From Saprolegnia diclina VS20 (taxonomy: Eukaryota): 64,000 nucleotides of DNA. The DNA is taken from assembly GCF_000281045.1 (NCBI RefSeq), contig NW_008246085.1:37888-101887 (forward strand), read 5' to 3'. The number at the start of each line of letters is the position of its first letter. Positions within the stretch are counted from its first letter, which is position 1. The notes under the pieces were generated by a model that saw only the letters and a program-made list of their open reading frames with translations, was not told the origin of the DNA and searched no databases. The translations under genes were made by a program, and so were the position numbers. Below are positions 1-12,848 of the stretch, in pieces.

Positions 1-1068
1 CTGCTGAACAAGGCGACGTTGGGAATGAACGAAATGCTGCGAGCGTGCCACAGCTTGGTGGCCTTGAGTTCATCGCATCCAATGACCTAGTGCATCGGGT
101 GTTTGCTTCTGGAGAACACCGATGGCCATTGAGCGTAAAGGACTTGACGAGATTGAGCGAGATGGACTTGCCGAGGGCTTGGCTTCAACCGAGTGGGCCC
201 GACAGCAATTGTACCAATCACTCACTACACGCAGCCGGTTGCCAGATCTAGCACACACCTTCGTTGCATCAAGGACATGAAAGGACATGTTGTGCTCTCG
301 ATGCGACGAAGGCATGGGCTTGCCTGGCACCGAGGAAATGGCCATGCGATGGACGATGCTTCTTCCCTACACAAGTACTACGCAACTACGCTTCTATGTT
401 CCTAATAGTAAACCAACACAAGCGAGCGACAACCGCCGGAAAGGATGGCAGAGCCCGTGGGCCGAATGCTGCGATCTCCTAACGTCGGCGTAGCGCCAAG
501 GCTACCCCGACCCGGCGGCGTGCAGACCCGTGCAAAATGAGAAATGAATGAAAACTCGGGAGCTTTTTCAGGGGAAAAGGCGGGAAATTGTAAAAGCACT
601 TCGTAAAAACCAATGCGCACAGTTCCTCGCGCCCTGTCGCTCTGATGTGCATCACACGCCGCAAATATACCGTATATGTGACCGTAAATACGATGTGAAG
701 GAGATAAATACGGTCATGAAATTCATATTGTAAAAATTGCGGCTTGAGAGGCACTGTCGGCCCGCGCCCCTTATCTATATGAACGTGTTCGGCGTTATCT
801 TCGTTATTAAGACTTCGCATACGCCCACGCCCCTTGACATGACAAAGGCCCGTTTGCAAACGATGCCGCTGCTTTCGGAGATTAGGGCAGGGCTAGGGTT
901 CGCAGCAACATCCTTGCCTGCTACCGTCTGCAAGGGTACATGGTCGACACGATGACCTAGGAGTACACTCACTCATATCGGAGACATACGTCAAAAATGC
1001 AGTGTGTCTTCTATTCAAACGCACAGCGGAAGTGAAATATGCAAGTGGGATATGCAAAAGATGATGGT

Positions 1069-3234
1069 TCACGGCTGCTGCATCGCAGCCTCCTTGATTT
1101 GCGACGCGAGGTCCACAAACCGGTCCTGGTACTTCATCCTACCAGACGCCACACACATGAGAAACGGCTCTTCACCTAGACGAGTGGCCTACCACGCGGC
1201 CTTGACGTCTTCGGCGGCCGTCTCGCACGTCGTGCCGCCCTTCTGCAAGAGCGCTTGGAGGAGCTCAGCGCGCGACTACGTACACCAATCAGCGTCCTAA
1301 CCAAAACCCTCGCCTTGGCACGTACGCGGTGGTGCAGCACGAGCGAGAGCGACGCGAGCGACTGACGGTCCAGCGCGTACGCGAGCGCCTTGGCGAGCAC
1401 ATCGGCCGGCACCGAGTGGTACATCATCGTGACCACCAGCGTCTGCGCGAGGCGGTCGTCGGCCGCGGCCTCGTCGGCGGTCAACTGATCGGTGATGCGC
1501 TGCGTCTGCGCCAGCATGTACTGGACGAGGAACGGGAAGAGCACAAAGCGCGCCGACGGGTGCAGCAGCGGAAGCGCGCGGCACACGAGCTTCTTGCCCT
1601 TCGAGACCGAGAGAATCGCTTCGAGCGCCGGCGGGTCGCACGTCGCCTCGCCGTTGATCGTGCTCACGCCGAGGACGCTTGCGAGGTCCAAGAGCAGGCG
1701 CGTCGTGCGCTCGCGGAGCTTGATGAGCGCCGGGTCCATCTGCGCCGTGTCCATCTGGTGGAACTGCTGCACGTTCACGCGGCGGGCGTCGAGGAGATGG
1801 CGCGCGTCCTGGAGCGCGAGGAGGTGGACAATGCCGGCATCAATGCGCTGGCGCTTGGACCACGCCTCGTTGCGGAAGACGGACGCGCCGAGCTCTTCCT
1901 CTGGGCGGTTGAGCACATCGACGACCGTCACGTCCTTGGGCTGCTCGTCAACCTTGTGCAAGTTGAGGAGCTCGCGCGGCCGGTACAAGCTTGTCTTGGC
2001 GGTCCGGCCAAGCACATGGTTCTCCGTCTCCCACGTCCGCGACTTGTTGGCACGCGACACATCCCGCGGGTCGAACGACTTGACGTGTTCAAGCTTCCAG
2101 GACGGCAGCGGCAGCGGCGGTTGCCCGGGCAGCGCTTGCTGACGGGCCCGATCGCGCTTCTACACCGAGTTGAGTGTGACGAAGCGGAAGGAATATGCGC
2201 CGTACCACCATGTAGTTGTGGAAGTAGTAGTCGTCGCTGAACGGATCGCTGGACCGGATTTGCTTGAGCTCCTGCTGCACGACAAACTGGATGTCACGCG
2301 GCATCATGACCTGGAAGACGCGCTCCTGCAAGAGCACGTGCGGCGGCGGCGGGAACGGCGGACGCATCATCATGTGCGGCGGCGGCATCATGTGCGGCGG
2401 CAACATGTGCGGCGGCGGGTGATGCGGGAACCCGTGCGGGGGCATCATACCTTGCGGATGCGGCGGCGGGCCGTGCTCGGGACGCCAGCCTGGCGGCGGA
2501 CGAGGCATGTTGCCAGTCGGCAGCGGCATGGCACCAGGAGGCGGCATCGTGCCGGGCGGCGGCATCATACCCGGAGGAGGCAACGCGCCCGCGGGTGGGC
2601 CCCAGCCAGGCGGCGGCGTCGGCATCGTCGTCGGGAGCGGCGGGGGCACCGCAAGCGCCTTCGCCGGAGCTGCCGTCTCTTCGTCTTCGGTCAAGCCCAA
2701 CGACTTGAGCTTCAGGTCTTCCAGAATGCCATCGTCTTCATCGTCTTCCGCGTAGAGATACGCGGAGGTCGACGACGGCGCGCTCGAGATGCCAAGACCG
2801 GCGTTGCCAAAGCCAAAGGCCGCGGTTTCCGGCGCGGCCTTTTTCGAGAACTCTTCGCGGAGCATCGCAAACTCTTGCTGGCTGCGCGCCCACTCCAAGT
2901 CGGCCTGGGTCGGCGCAGCGCCTTGGGGCGCCGCCGCAAACCCTGGAGGCGCGCTCACCTTCCCCTTGGGCTTAGGCTGCTCGTTCGCCGGCGGCGCTTC
3001 GCTCCCCGGCATATGCACGTTGCCCATAAAGATGGCCGAGAGGTTGTCATGCAGCACGAACGGCCGGCTCGAGGCCGTCGTCGTGCCCATCGGGTACGGG
3101 TAGTTGTCCAGCGCATCATCCACGGGGCCCAAGAGGTCATGGGCGCGGAGGTCTTCGAGGAGGCTCTCGTACTTCTTGTCGTCCACGGAGACGCCCGTGA
3201 AGAACCCCAAGGAGCCGACGCTGTCACTCGCCAT
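1069..3234 (-). CDS. PAT1: PAT1-like mRNA decapping activator / P-body scaffold (4 exons)
   Basis: ATG at 3234 (MASDSVGSLGFF); acidic then Pro-rich N-half; conserved M..RD...V...(Q)LKQI...DPFSDDYYF motif and 'LGRTAKTSLYRPRELL'; helical C-terminus. GT-AG introns 2160-2205, 1276-1325 and ~1139-1190 join the frames to stop TGA at 1069-1071. Confidence 0.85.
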
Positions 3235-3697
3235 TGCAGTCTCTTGCGTCAACGAGCGGTGTGATGAGGTTCCGAAATTAGCCTCCGGATGGCGTTCGTT
3301 ATCCGGATACTCTTCGTCCGTGGCCACGGCCCCACGCGGTCGGCGACCTCTGGCGACGGGCCCACCGGGACCACACAGCCGCGGACCCCCATGCTCAAGG
3401 GCAATGTCCTCGCGCACGCAGTGGCGCTGCCAGGATCCCTCGCCTACTTCTCTCGCCACTGCCCATGGCCCAATCCGAGGGCGGGACGGCCTGGCGGGAT
3501 CCTATTTTGGCCAATCGTACGCCGAATAAAGGACCCGGCAGCGTTGTTGCTGTTTGAAAAAGATTTGGATTTGTACCAATCTCAAAAATGCATCATTTCA
3601 GCCAATCCTGGACCTTGAGAAAGGAATTATAGCCAGTCAGAACACAGGATTTTCGCCAAGCGTTTTCGTATTGTTGGAATTGGAGCCTGGGGTGTCT

Positions 3698-6600
3698 ATG
3701 GCCACGACAAAGTCACCGACGAAGCGCGCCGAGGACGCGGCCGCGGCCCACGACTCGGACGTGGAGTCGTACTCGGACGATGGCAATGCTTCTGGCGTCG
3801 AGGACGACGAAGATGCTGGTGGCGCCTTGGAAGCCATCGCCGCCAAGGAAGAAGAGGAAGAAGCGCTGTCGCCGGAAGAGAAGGCTGCCCGCGATGCACT
3901 CCTCCGCGAAGAAGAAGAAGCCTTCCGCAAGCAGAAGGAGACCCAGCTCAAGACATTGCAGGCGCTGCGCGAAGCCGAAGAAGAAGCCGACGCCGAGGCC
4001 CAGAAGAACATCCGCCCCACGGACAAGCGACTTCAATTCCTCATGGCCCAGGTAGGATCTCTTTATGATGATGCCACGCATGCTTTCATTCCTGCGATGA
4101 AAAATGCTTGGCATTCCTTCCTACGTCCAGAACTCATGTGCAATGCGTAGTCGGATGTCTTTACGTCGTTCTTGATGGGCGGGACGTCGGCCGTGGGGAA
4201 AGCCATGACCAAGAAGCGCGGGGAGACCAAGAAGCAGGAAGGCGAGAACCGCCGGTCGGGCAAGAAGGCGGACGACTCGGCCGAAGATCAAGCACTGCTC
4301 GCGATGGAAGAGTCGCGCTTCACGCGCCTCGACAAGCAGCCATCCAACATCGCCTTTGGCACCATGAAGCCGTACCAGCTCGAAGGTCTCAACTGGATGA
4401 TCCGTCTCCACGACTGCGGCGTCAACGGCATTCTGGCCGACGAAATGGGGTTGGGCAAGACGTTGCAGTCCATCTCGCTTCTCGCGTACCTGCGCGAAGC
4501 CCGCGGTGCGTCGACCCGACCTATAATCCCCTATACTCATGACTTGCGTAGCCATCAAGGGTCCGCACATGATCATCGTGCCCAAGTCGACGGTCGGCAA
4601 CTGGATGCGCGAGCTCAACCGGTGGTGCCCGTCCATCCGCGCATTCAAGTTTATGGGCGACAAGGAGCAGCGCAACGTGCTGCGCGAGACGATGAAGTCG
4701 ACCAAGTTTGACGCGTGCGTGCTCTCGTACGAAGTCGCGATCATCGAGAAGGCGACGTTGAAGCGCTTCAAGTGGAAGTACATGCTCATTGACGAAGCGC
4801 ACCGCATCAAGAACGAAAACTCCAAGCTCTCGACCGTCGTGCGCGAGTTTGACGTCGAGCACCGCCTCCTCATCACGGGCACGCCGCTCCAGAACAACCT
4901 CCACGAGCTCTGGGCGCTCCTCAACTTTCTTCTCCCTGGTACACGGCCCCTCACGCCCCCTTCACGAATCATGCTGTATCTTAGATGTCTTTACGGCGTC
5001 CGAGGACTTTGACTCGTGGTTCAATGTGGACGGCGAGCAAGGCCAAGAGAACGTCATCAAGAAGCTCCACACGGTGCTGCGCCCGTTCCTCCTCCGGCGC
5101 CTCAAGTCGGATGTCGAGCACTCGCTGCCGCCCAAGATCGAGACCAAGCTCTACGTCGGCCTCTCGGAAATGCAGCGCGAGTGGTACACGCGCGTCTTGC
5201 ACCGCGACGCGACGCACCTCAACTCGATTGGCGGCTCGGACCGCGTCCGCCTCCTCAACATCCTCATGCAGCTCCGCAAAGTGACCAACCACCCGTACCT
5301 CTTTGACGGCGCTGAGCCGGGCCCGCCGTACAAGGAGGGACCGCACCTCTGGGAGAACTGCGGCAAGATGACGCTGCTGCACAAGCTATTGCCGCGCCTC
5401 AAGGCCCAAGGCTCGCGCGTGCTCATTTTCTGCCAAATGACGTCGATGCTCAACATTTTGGAAGACTACATGCGCTACAACGACCACGAGTACTGCCGCC
5501 TCGACGGCAGCACCCAAGGCGAGCTCCGCGACGAGTACATGGACGTGTTCAACGCGCCCAACTCGACGAAGTTTGTGTTCCTCCTCAGCACGCGCGCGGG
5601 CGGCCTCGGCATCAACTTGGCGACCGCCGATATCGTGATTCTCTTCGACTCGGACTGGAACCCGCAAGTGGATCTGCAAGCGATGGACCGTGCGCACCGC
5701 ATTGGCCAGACCAAGCTCGTCCGCGTCTTCCGCTTTGTGACGGACGGGACCGTCGAAGAAAAGATCATTGAGCGTGCCGAGCGCAAGCTCTACTTGGACG
5801 CAGCGATCATCCAGCAAGGCCGCCTCGCGCAGCAGAACCGAAAGCTCTCGAAAGACGAGCTCATGACGATGGTGCGCTTTGGTGCGGACGAAATCTTCAA
5901 CGCCAAGGGCTCGATGATCACGGACGACGACATTGATGCGATCTTGGCAAAAGGCGAGGAGCGCACCGAGGCCATGAAGGCCAAGGTCGTCGACGACATG
6001 CAGCACAACCTCGCCAACTTTAGCCTCACGAGCGTCTCGAGCTTGTACGACTTTGAGGGTGAAAACTTTGCCAAGGACGCGGCCGAGTCGGGCTCGGTCC
6101 TCCCGTCGACGTTCATTGCGCTTCCCGCGCGCGAGCGCAAGAAGAACTACGACGTGGACGAGTACTACCGCCAGCAGACGGGCCAGACCAAGCCGAAGAA
6201 GACCAAGAAGCCCGACGAAGAGAACAAGCCCAAGGTGCCAGTCGTACACGATTTTCAGTTTTTCGACCGCGAGCGCATGACGGCGCTGCTCCAGAAGCGC
6301 TACGACGTCGAGTTTGCGCGCAAGGAGCACATCAAGCTCATCAAGGAAGCCAAGGCGGACGAGCAAAAGCAAAAGCTCGAGGGCGACGACCTCAAGTCCA
6401 AGCAGCTCGAGGCCGAGCTCGAAAACATGGTCATGGACGCCGCCGACGTGACCGAGCTCGAGGCGCTCGAAGCTGACGGGTTTGGCGACTGGAGCCGGCG
6501 CGACCTCAAGCAGTTTGTGGCGAGCTGCGAGCGCTTTGGTCGCAGCGACAAGGATGCGGTCTGCCTCGAAGTCGCGACGCTGCTTGTCAAGGACGTCGCG

Positions 6601-7189
6601 CGCGTCGCCGAGTACTATGACGTGTTCTGGGCGCGCGGGACCGAGCTTGAAGAATATCAAAAGTACATGGACCGCATCGAGCGCGGTGAGAAGCGCATCC
6701 AGCGCAACCTCGCGATCAAGGAAGCCCTCGCCTCCAAGGTACTGAGCTTCGTGAGTTTGGAATCATCATACCTTACGGTTTGTGTAGGTCGCTCGGTACA
6801 AGAACCCGTGGCGCGACATGAAGCTCACGTACCCCGGCGGGTACAAGAGCAAGGGCTTCACGATGGACGAGGACGTCTTTTTGATTTGCATGATGCACAA
6901 GCACGGCGTCGGCGGCGACTGGGTCGCGATCAAGGAGGACATTCGCAAGGCGTGGCAGTTCCGCTTTGACTGGTTCTTCAAGTCGCGCACGATTCTCGAG
7001 CTCCAGAAGCGCGGCGAGTTCCTCACCAAGCTCATCGAGAAGGAGAACGAGGAGCTCGGCACCAAGGTCGTGGCCGAAGAAGAGCACTTGGCGACAAAGG
7101 CCAAGCCGTCGAGCTCCAGCTCCAGCTCGAGCAAGAAGCGCACGTCGTCGTCGACGTCATCGAGCTCCAAGCGGAAACGAACCTCGTAG
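3698..7189 (+). CDS. ISWI: ISWI-family SNF2 chromatin-remodelling ATPase with HAND-SANT-SLIDE
   Basis: [12 protein letters not shown] (Walker A), [59 protein letters not shown] 'GFGDWSRRD' and SLIDE '[14 protein letters not shown]'. Introns ~4052-4150, ~4506-4550, ~4938-4984, ~6739-6787. Confidence 0.95.
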
Positions 7190-7261
7190 TCGTTGGGCCA
7201 AGATGAAGCCGATTAACAACAAAATGCCAATGCTTTACGATGTATAAGTACTACTATGCGA

Positions 7262-8020
7262 CTAGGACAAGCTCTGGAGCTTGCTCGGATGGTACATGTT
7301 GCCGCCAACGAGCCGAGCAACTGTCTCGAGGTCGGCAAGGAGACGCATGTAGGCGCCGACAAAGTCCATGCTGGCAGTATACGACGAGACGAGTCCATCT
7401 TCGTCAAAGCCAAAGATGGAGGTCGTCGGGAGGTCGATTTGACGGCCAATGAGCGCTTGCACAAGCACTTCGTCATGGAGGATATGAGGAAAGTACATGC
7501 TGAGCGTCGTGCGCGTGATGCGCTGGGACACCATCATGGTGACGTGGCACGCCACGAGCCCGTCGTCGTCGTTCTGGATCACGTTGCAGCGCAAAAAGCA
7601 CATGGAGAAATTGCTGTGCGACGCGCAGTAGACGCGGAAGACGTGGAGGAGCTTGTCGACGCCAATGAGGTGAAAGTACCGGAGGTCGTCGCGCATGATG
7701 GAGCGAAGGAAGCGCTCTTGGATCGTCGCCTCCTTATCGAGCGACGTCTTGTAGCCATGCTGAAAGACGCGGAGGTACTCGTGGACCGTCTTGACACTCC
7801 GGTGGTCGTTGAGGTACCGGTGCGTCACGCTGAGCGACTCGCGCTTGCCCTCGAGGCGGCTCGTCTCGTACGCGAGCGCGTCGACTTGGCGGCTCAGGCG
7901 CTCAATGGTCTCGCGCCGACGGGCCACGTGCGCGCGCTGGTTCGACGCGCGGAGCCGGCGACGGTGCAGCAACTTCTCTTCCTCACTCGGAAACACGCGC
8001 TTGGAGTTGAGTCGGAACAT
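7262..8020 (-). CDS. Oomycete-type bZIP-like protein with C-terminal SnoaL/NTF2-like domain (paralog A)
   Basis: First ATG at 8020 (MFRLNSK); basic region RRRLRASNQRAHVARRR followed by heptad leucines (L..QVDAL.....RL); C-terminal 'FLRSIM','YFPHILHDEVLVQALIG','FGFDEDG' shared with 12849-13580. Confidence 0.75.
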   Translation of the reverse strand: MFRLNSKRVFPSEEEKLLHRRRLRASNQRAHVARRRETIERLSRQVDALAYETSRLEGKRESLSVTHRYLNDHRSVKTVHEYLRVFQHGYKTSLDKEATIQERFLRSIMRDDLRYFHLIGVDKLLHVFRVYCASHSNFSMCFLRCNVIQNDDDGLVACHVTMMVSQRITRTTLSMYFPHILHDEVLVQALIGRQIDLPTTSIFGFDEDGLVSSYTASMDFVGAYMRLLADLETVARLVGGNMYHPSKLQSLS

Positions 8021-9243
8021 GCTCTTCTTCTTCTTAATTCGACCCGACCAAAATGCAAAGTGGCCAGGCGGTCGGTCAGTCACAAAAGACTTTTATGCAA
8101 TCAGTCACCGGACATGTCGCAGCCTCTAACGCCAGCACGCCGCTCGGAAGCGGGGCGTCGTCCCACCGCACAGCAGCCTGTATAGAAACGCTCTCAGAGA
8201 CGACCGCGAGCGATGAACAAAGCCACGGGATGCGGTCAGGAAGGCCCACGAACCCGCATGGTTCTTGGTGCCGGCTGGCTCGCTTGTGCCAAGTTGCGAG
8301 TTGCGAGTGATAGGGCGACTTGCATCTGGGCGCACGTAACGTCACCACTGCTGGTTCTCGCTGGTGCGTTGACGGATCAAGCTCCTGTGCACCCATGTCC
8401 AGAGTCGTCTACTGCCGAGGTACGAGCATCGAGCATCGAGATACGAGTACGCTCCATTATTCGCTGCCAGGCTCCACGAGGTTGGCCACCGATGGCACTC
8501 GACGTCGTGTTCAGCACAGAGCTACTTGGCACAAATGATTTCGCTGCTTCTCTGGGCGCATGGAAACCGGCACATAAAAGAGACGACGGAGAAGGCCGGT
8601 CACCTGCGCGGCTACGGAGCCCTACCCCTAGTCAGCGCCTAGCCAACATCGTTCGGGTGCGGCGACGACACGGTCCACGGCGTGAGCTCACGGCGCGTGC
8701 TCGACCCAACGAGCTCATGTAGCATCATCGGGGGCTTGGCCGGATATCTACGTTGTGATTTTTACCGAGTGTGCACCACAGGTTTCGACTCTCGACAAGG
8801 TGATCGCGTTGTAGCGCAGCCGCCGTTCAGTGCTCCTGACCACATCGCGCTCGTGTTCCCGCGTGATTGAACTGCATCGATGATGGCGCACGCGACCGAT
8901 TTGTACAGTGCACTTCTCCAACCACCGCTCGATCGAAAGAGCGCTGGCCACGCATCTTGGACGATACGCATCTCGGGCGATGTCCCTGCCAACGTTGCCC
9001 CGAGTTTGTGGGCCACCGAGTCGCTCGCACACCATGGCGAGGACCTCCAGGAGCGCTCGAAAATGCATGGACGCTGCGGACCGGCCTCCCGCGTTCCCAG
9101 CAGTCGCGCGACGCTAGAGGTACATGTATGCAGAACAGAGCGAAATCTCTGCATCTCTACGACCAACAAGCAACGGCTTGAGGCTGGCTCTGCGATCAAG
9201 TGCACTCCAAGACTTCAAATTGGGACGAAAATATACATTGCGA

Positions 9244-11115
9244 TTAGCGGCGGAACGGGAAGAGGAGGTTGATGAGACCGGCGAGCGGCGCCCACGCGAG
9301 GAACGTGACGTCCTCGCGCAGCACGAGCGGCATGATGATCAAGCACGCTTCGTGGAAGACGCGGTAGCAATGCAGGAGCTTGCTCGGGGTCGGGAACGGC
9401 GTCAAGACGCGCGACGCGGCGTAGCCGGCCACCATGAAGAAGTGGGCAACGAGCACCGCTGGCTTGGGCGTGAGCGCGCAGAGGAGGCCGAGCGGGCCCG
9501 AGCTGAACATACCGCCGAGCTTGAGGTACTGGTAGCAGCTCTCGCGGATCTCTTCGCGCGCGGCCGCGTTCGAGTAGCCGTCCGGAATCGAAAACACGTG
9601 GTACAAGGCGTTGGCGAGGATGTTGATGGTCGACGAGTGGTTCACGCGCTGCTCTTCAAACGCATGGCGAGCGGCCGCGATCGCGTCGGCGTCGACGAGG
9701 TCGGTCTTCTCGAGGAGCGACGTGAGGAGCACCGCGTCACGGAGCGCGACCGACATGCCGCCGCCCGTGAGCGGGTGACGCATGTTCCACGAGTCGCCAA
9801 TCATGATGCAGCGGCCGAGGCTCGGCTGCGTCGTCATGAATTCACGGTTGGGCATCGACTTGACCGGGCCGTCCTGCACGGCCGTGACAAAGGCGGCGCG
9901 GGACGCCTCGGGCATCTGCGGCGCAACGACGTTGAGGAGGTGCTTGGTGAGGTCGCCGTTGCTCTGGCTCGGCACTTTCCCAGGCACGTCGACCAGCGCC
10001 CGCGTCTCGGTCGGCGAGATTTGATAGACAACGATCGGCGACGGCTCGGCAAGGATGACGTGGCCGTACCCGCGGTACGGCACCGACGCTTCCATGGGCG
10101 GGTGCTTCATCAAGATGGCAATGAAGCTCGAAATTTGCTTGGGCGACTCGGTCGAGAGCTCGCGGCGGAGACCCGACCAGAGACCGTCGCAGACAAGGAC
10201 AAGCGGTGCTTTCGCGTGCTCGGTCGGCATCTCGACGTCTTCGGACGTCGCCTTGCGGCGGTACTGAACCCCGCGGCAAATGTCCGTCTTGGAGTCGGAC
10301 ACGAGCTTGGTGACTGTGCCTTCAATGCAGGTGACGTTCTCGTGGGCAAAGACCTTGGCGCGGAGGCGGTCGACAAACAGGCCGTTGTGGAAGCCGCGGC
10401 CGTGCTGCTTGCCCGTGCCATTGTCGCCACGCGCAAAGCCCATGTACTCGGAGAACGTCTTGGGCACGCGCTCGGGGTACGGGAGCATGATGTGGTCTTC
10501 GGTGCCCTTCTTTGTCTTGACGATCGTGTAGCCCTCGGCCTTGATGTCCGTCTCAGTCTCGGCGCAATCGAGGAGGTCCAGCGATCGCAGCGCGTCGAGG
10601 CCACCGGGCTGCATGAGCTCGCCCACGAACCGGTCTTGGTACTCGAGCGTCTTTTCAAACACGAGCACCTTCTTGCCTTGCTTGGCGAGGCCCATCGCCA
10701 TGGCGCACCCCGTGGTGCCACCGCCAATGATAATGACGTCCGCGTCACGGTTCGCCTCGGTGTACTTGTCGTTGGTGTACTTGGGCGTCGGCTTGACGGC
10801 CCACATGCCCACAAAGCCGAGGAGGTACACGAGAGCGATGACGCCGGCTGCTTGCACAAACGAGAGCGGGCGCGGAATGTCGTGCTCGGTCGCGCGGTAC
10901 GAGACGGCGGCAAAGCCAATGATGAGCACCGACGTCGTGTTCATCGTCTGGAGCAGCGACGCCCGGAGCGCGCAGCAGGCCGCAAGCACCGCCAAGAGTA
11001 GCGAGAAGAAGACGGGCGCATCCGCGAGCTGCTGGCAGAGGACCGCGAAGGCGTCCTGGAGCAGGCTGCGCAGCGTCTCGCTCAGGATCACGACCGACGC
11101 GATAAGGAGGATCAT
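9244..11115 (-). CDS. SQE: Squalene monooxygenase (squalene epoxidase, FAD-dependent, conventional type)
   Basis: DVIIIGGGTTG FAD-binding motif, DRFVGELMQPGG, GRGFHNG, CDG..S..R, GDSWNMRHPLTGGGM, STINILANALY; hydrophobic N- and C-terminal segments; intronless 623 aa. Confidence 0.95.
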   Translation of the reverse strand: MILLIASVVILSETLRSLLQDAFAVLCQQLADAPVFFSLLLAVLAACCALRASLLQTMNTTSVLIIGFAAVSYRATEHDIPRPLSFVQAAGVIALVYLLGFVGMWAVKPTPKYTNDKYTEANRDADVIIIGGGTTGCAMAMGLAKQGKKVLVFEKTLEYQDRFVGELMQPGGLDALRSLDLLDCAETETDIKAEGYTIVKTKKGTEDHIMLPYPERVPKTFSEYMGFARGDNGTGKQHGRGFHNGLFVDRLRAKVFAHENVTCIEGTVTKLVSDSKTDICRGVQYRRKATSEDVEMPTEHAKAPLVLVCDGLWSGLRRELSTESPKQISSFIAILMKHPPMEASVPYRGYGHVILAEPSPIVVYQISPTETRALVDVPGKVPSQSNGDLTKHLLNVVAPQMPEASRAAFVTAVQDGPVKSMPNREFMTTQPSLGRCIMIGDSWNMRHPLTGGGMSVALRDAVLLTSLLEKTDLVDADAIAAARHAFEEQRVNHSSTINILANALYHVFSIPDGYSNAAAREEIRESCYQYLKLGGMFSSGPLGLLCALTPKPAVLVAHFFMVAGYAASRVLTPFPTPSKLLHCYRVFHEACLIIMPLVLREDVTFLAWAPLAGLINLLFPFRR

Positions 11116-12848
11116 CGTCGTCGGCTTTTTCGGAAATGTGGTCTTCGTCGACCTTCAAATGCCACCGGTATTTTATAGAAATGCAGATTTTCCCATAAAC
11201 ATGCGAAAATCCAGCTAAGTGCGAAATGGGCCACGCAGTAACGGACTTGCGGCGCGCGATCCGCACATAATCGGGAGCCTGCTGGCGATGGCCCTCTTCG
11301 TGCGACGAGTAGTGTTTCGGTGGCTGCGATGCAGACGCTGCTGCGTGTGTCTTTGAGCGCCACGTCAGGGCTGTCAGCCTCTTCTATGCGGCCTGCGTGG
11401 CCACGCGCTGCGATCGGCTTTGCAGCATTGTCCTGCCTCTTCGCCGCACCAAGGTGCATGCCAGGAAGCCCTCGTCGCCCATGGCGGCACCACGGAGGGC
11501 CGCGCCGCCGCTGCCAGCGCATGCCCGTGGCAGTGGCACTGCGTCCGTGCAGTTGACGCAAGGCGATCTTGCCGTGACCAGGGCCACGACGGCTGCTCGT
11601 CGCGCGGCCATGCACAGGCGTAGGATACAACGCCGGACGTGGTATCCGGCGTGTCGATGCGCACTTTATCGGGTCAGAGTGGCCCGATTGGTCGATTTGT
11701 AATATAATATCGTGAGCCGAGGTGTCATTGGAGGTGCATGGCCGGCGGGGAGGTGACATGAGCTAGCGACGGGGTGGCAGCGACGTCGTCGGAGGCGACA
11801 AGGCCGCGACGAAAGCAGGAGAAGGAGCAGGCTCATGGCCGTGAGCATCGGTCATCTCAAGTGGTGCAGAGCAAGGCCACGAGATGCAGTTCGTCGGTTG
11901 ACGAAACGAACCGTCCTTGTACTCGCACCGTGGCATACCATGGGGCCTACGGTAGATTGCGCATGGCCTGTCGATAGACGCGGGGTGACGCCGCTTTTTA
12001 ACCTTTCGATTGCACGGCAAGGCCGCGCACCTGGCGTGAGTGCTGGGCGATGCGCAGTCCAGAGGCCATCCACTTGACGTCGCGGGCGCTCATCGCGCGA
12101 GATGGAACCTGCGCCTGTCCGTGGAACGCGCCAAGATCGGATACCGTCGGCGATCAAATCGTCCTACTGGTACTACGGTGCACGATGGAACGACAAAAGC
12201 CGGAGGATGATCGAGATGCGCTGAGCGAGGGCCAAGCAGCGTCGACCCAAGTAGAGACGACTTGCCTTCCACGCCCTACCGTACCACTTACGCGCCTCCG
12301 AATGTATCGACAACCCTTGCAACCAATGTCAAGCCCCGTCCATGGAGCGGCCAAGCATCATCCGCAAGCGTCTTGCTGCACGCAGGACCCGTTGTGCCAC
12401 CTTCCCGCTCGTGTAGGCGCATGGGAGTTCACATAAACCTAAGTCGCCGACAACAAAGCTATCACGATACTATTCTTCCAACTGGAGGCCTGCTCGCACA
12501 GCTACGCAGGGCGGCGACAAGCCTCTAGTATGGTGCAACGCATACTAGCAACGACGCAGTTGTACTGGCAGACCTTCCGCGCTCAAGCGGCGGCGTATGG
12601 AGGGCTGAAGCCTACTGCGTGCCCCTTGACGTCAAGGGACACAGTTCGATCCTCGACAAATGCAACAGCCCCGCCAGTATTACGGGGCCTCGAACAATCA
12701 AAGGGACGCCACCCGCAGCACACGTTCTGTCTGAGGGTCGGCTTTTGCCACTACGTATGCTGCCCTGTCTGCCTTCGATGCCAATGCAATATTGTGCAGC
12801 ACGCCAGTTCAAGTGACACGAGAGAATGCCACGTCATGTATCCAATAC

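Noticed and set aside
1..1000. Short ORFs and AT-rich stretch at window start (possible decayed gene or repeat)
   Set aside because: No motif, terminal repeat or coding bias that I can support.
4065..4130. ATGATGA box C-like motif in ISWI intron 1
   Set aside because: No box D (CTGA) or rRNA-complementary guide follows, so it is not called a snoRNA.
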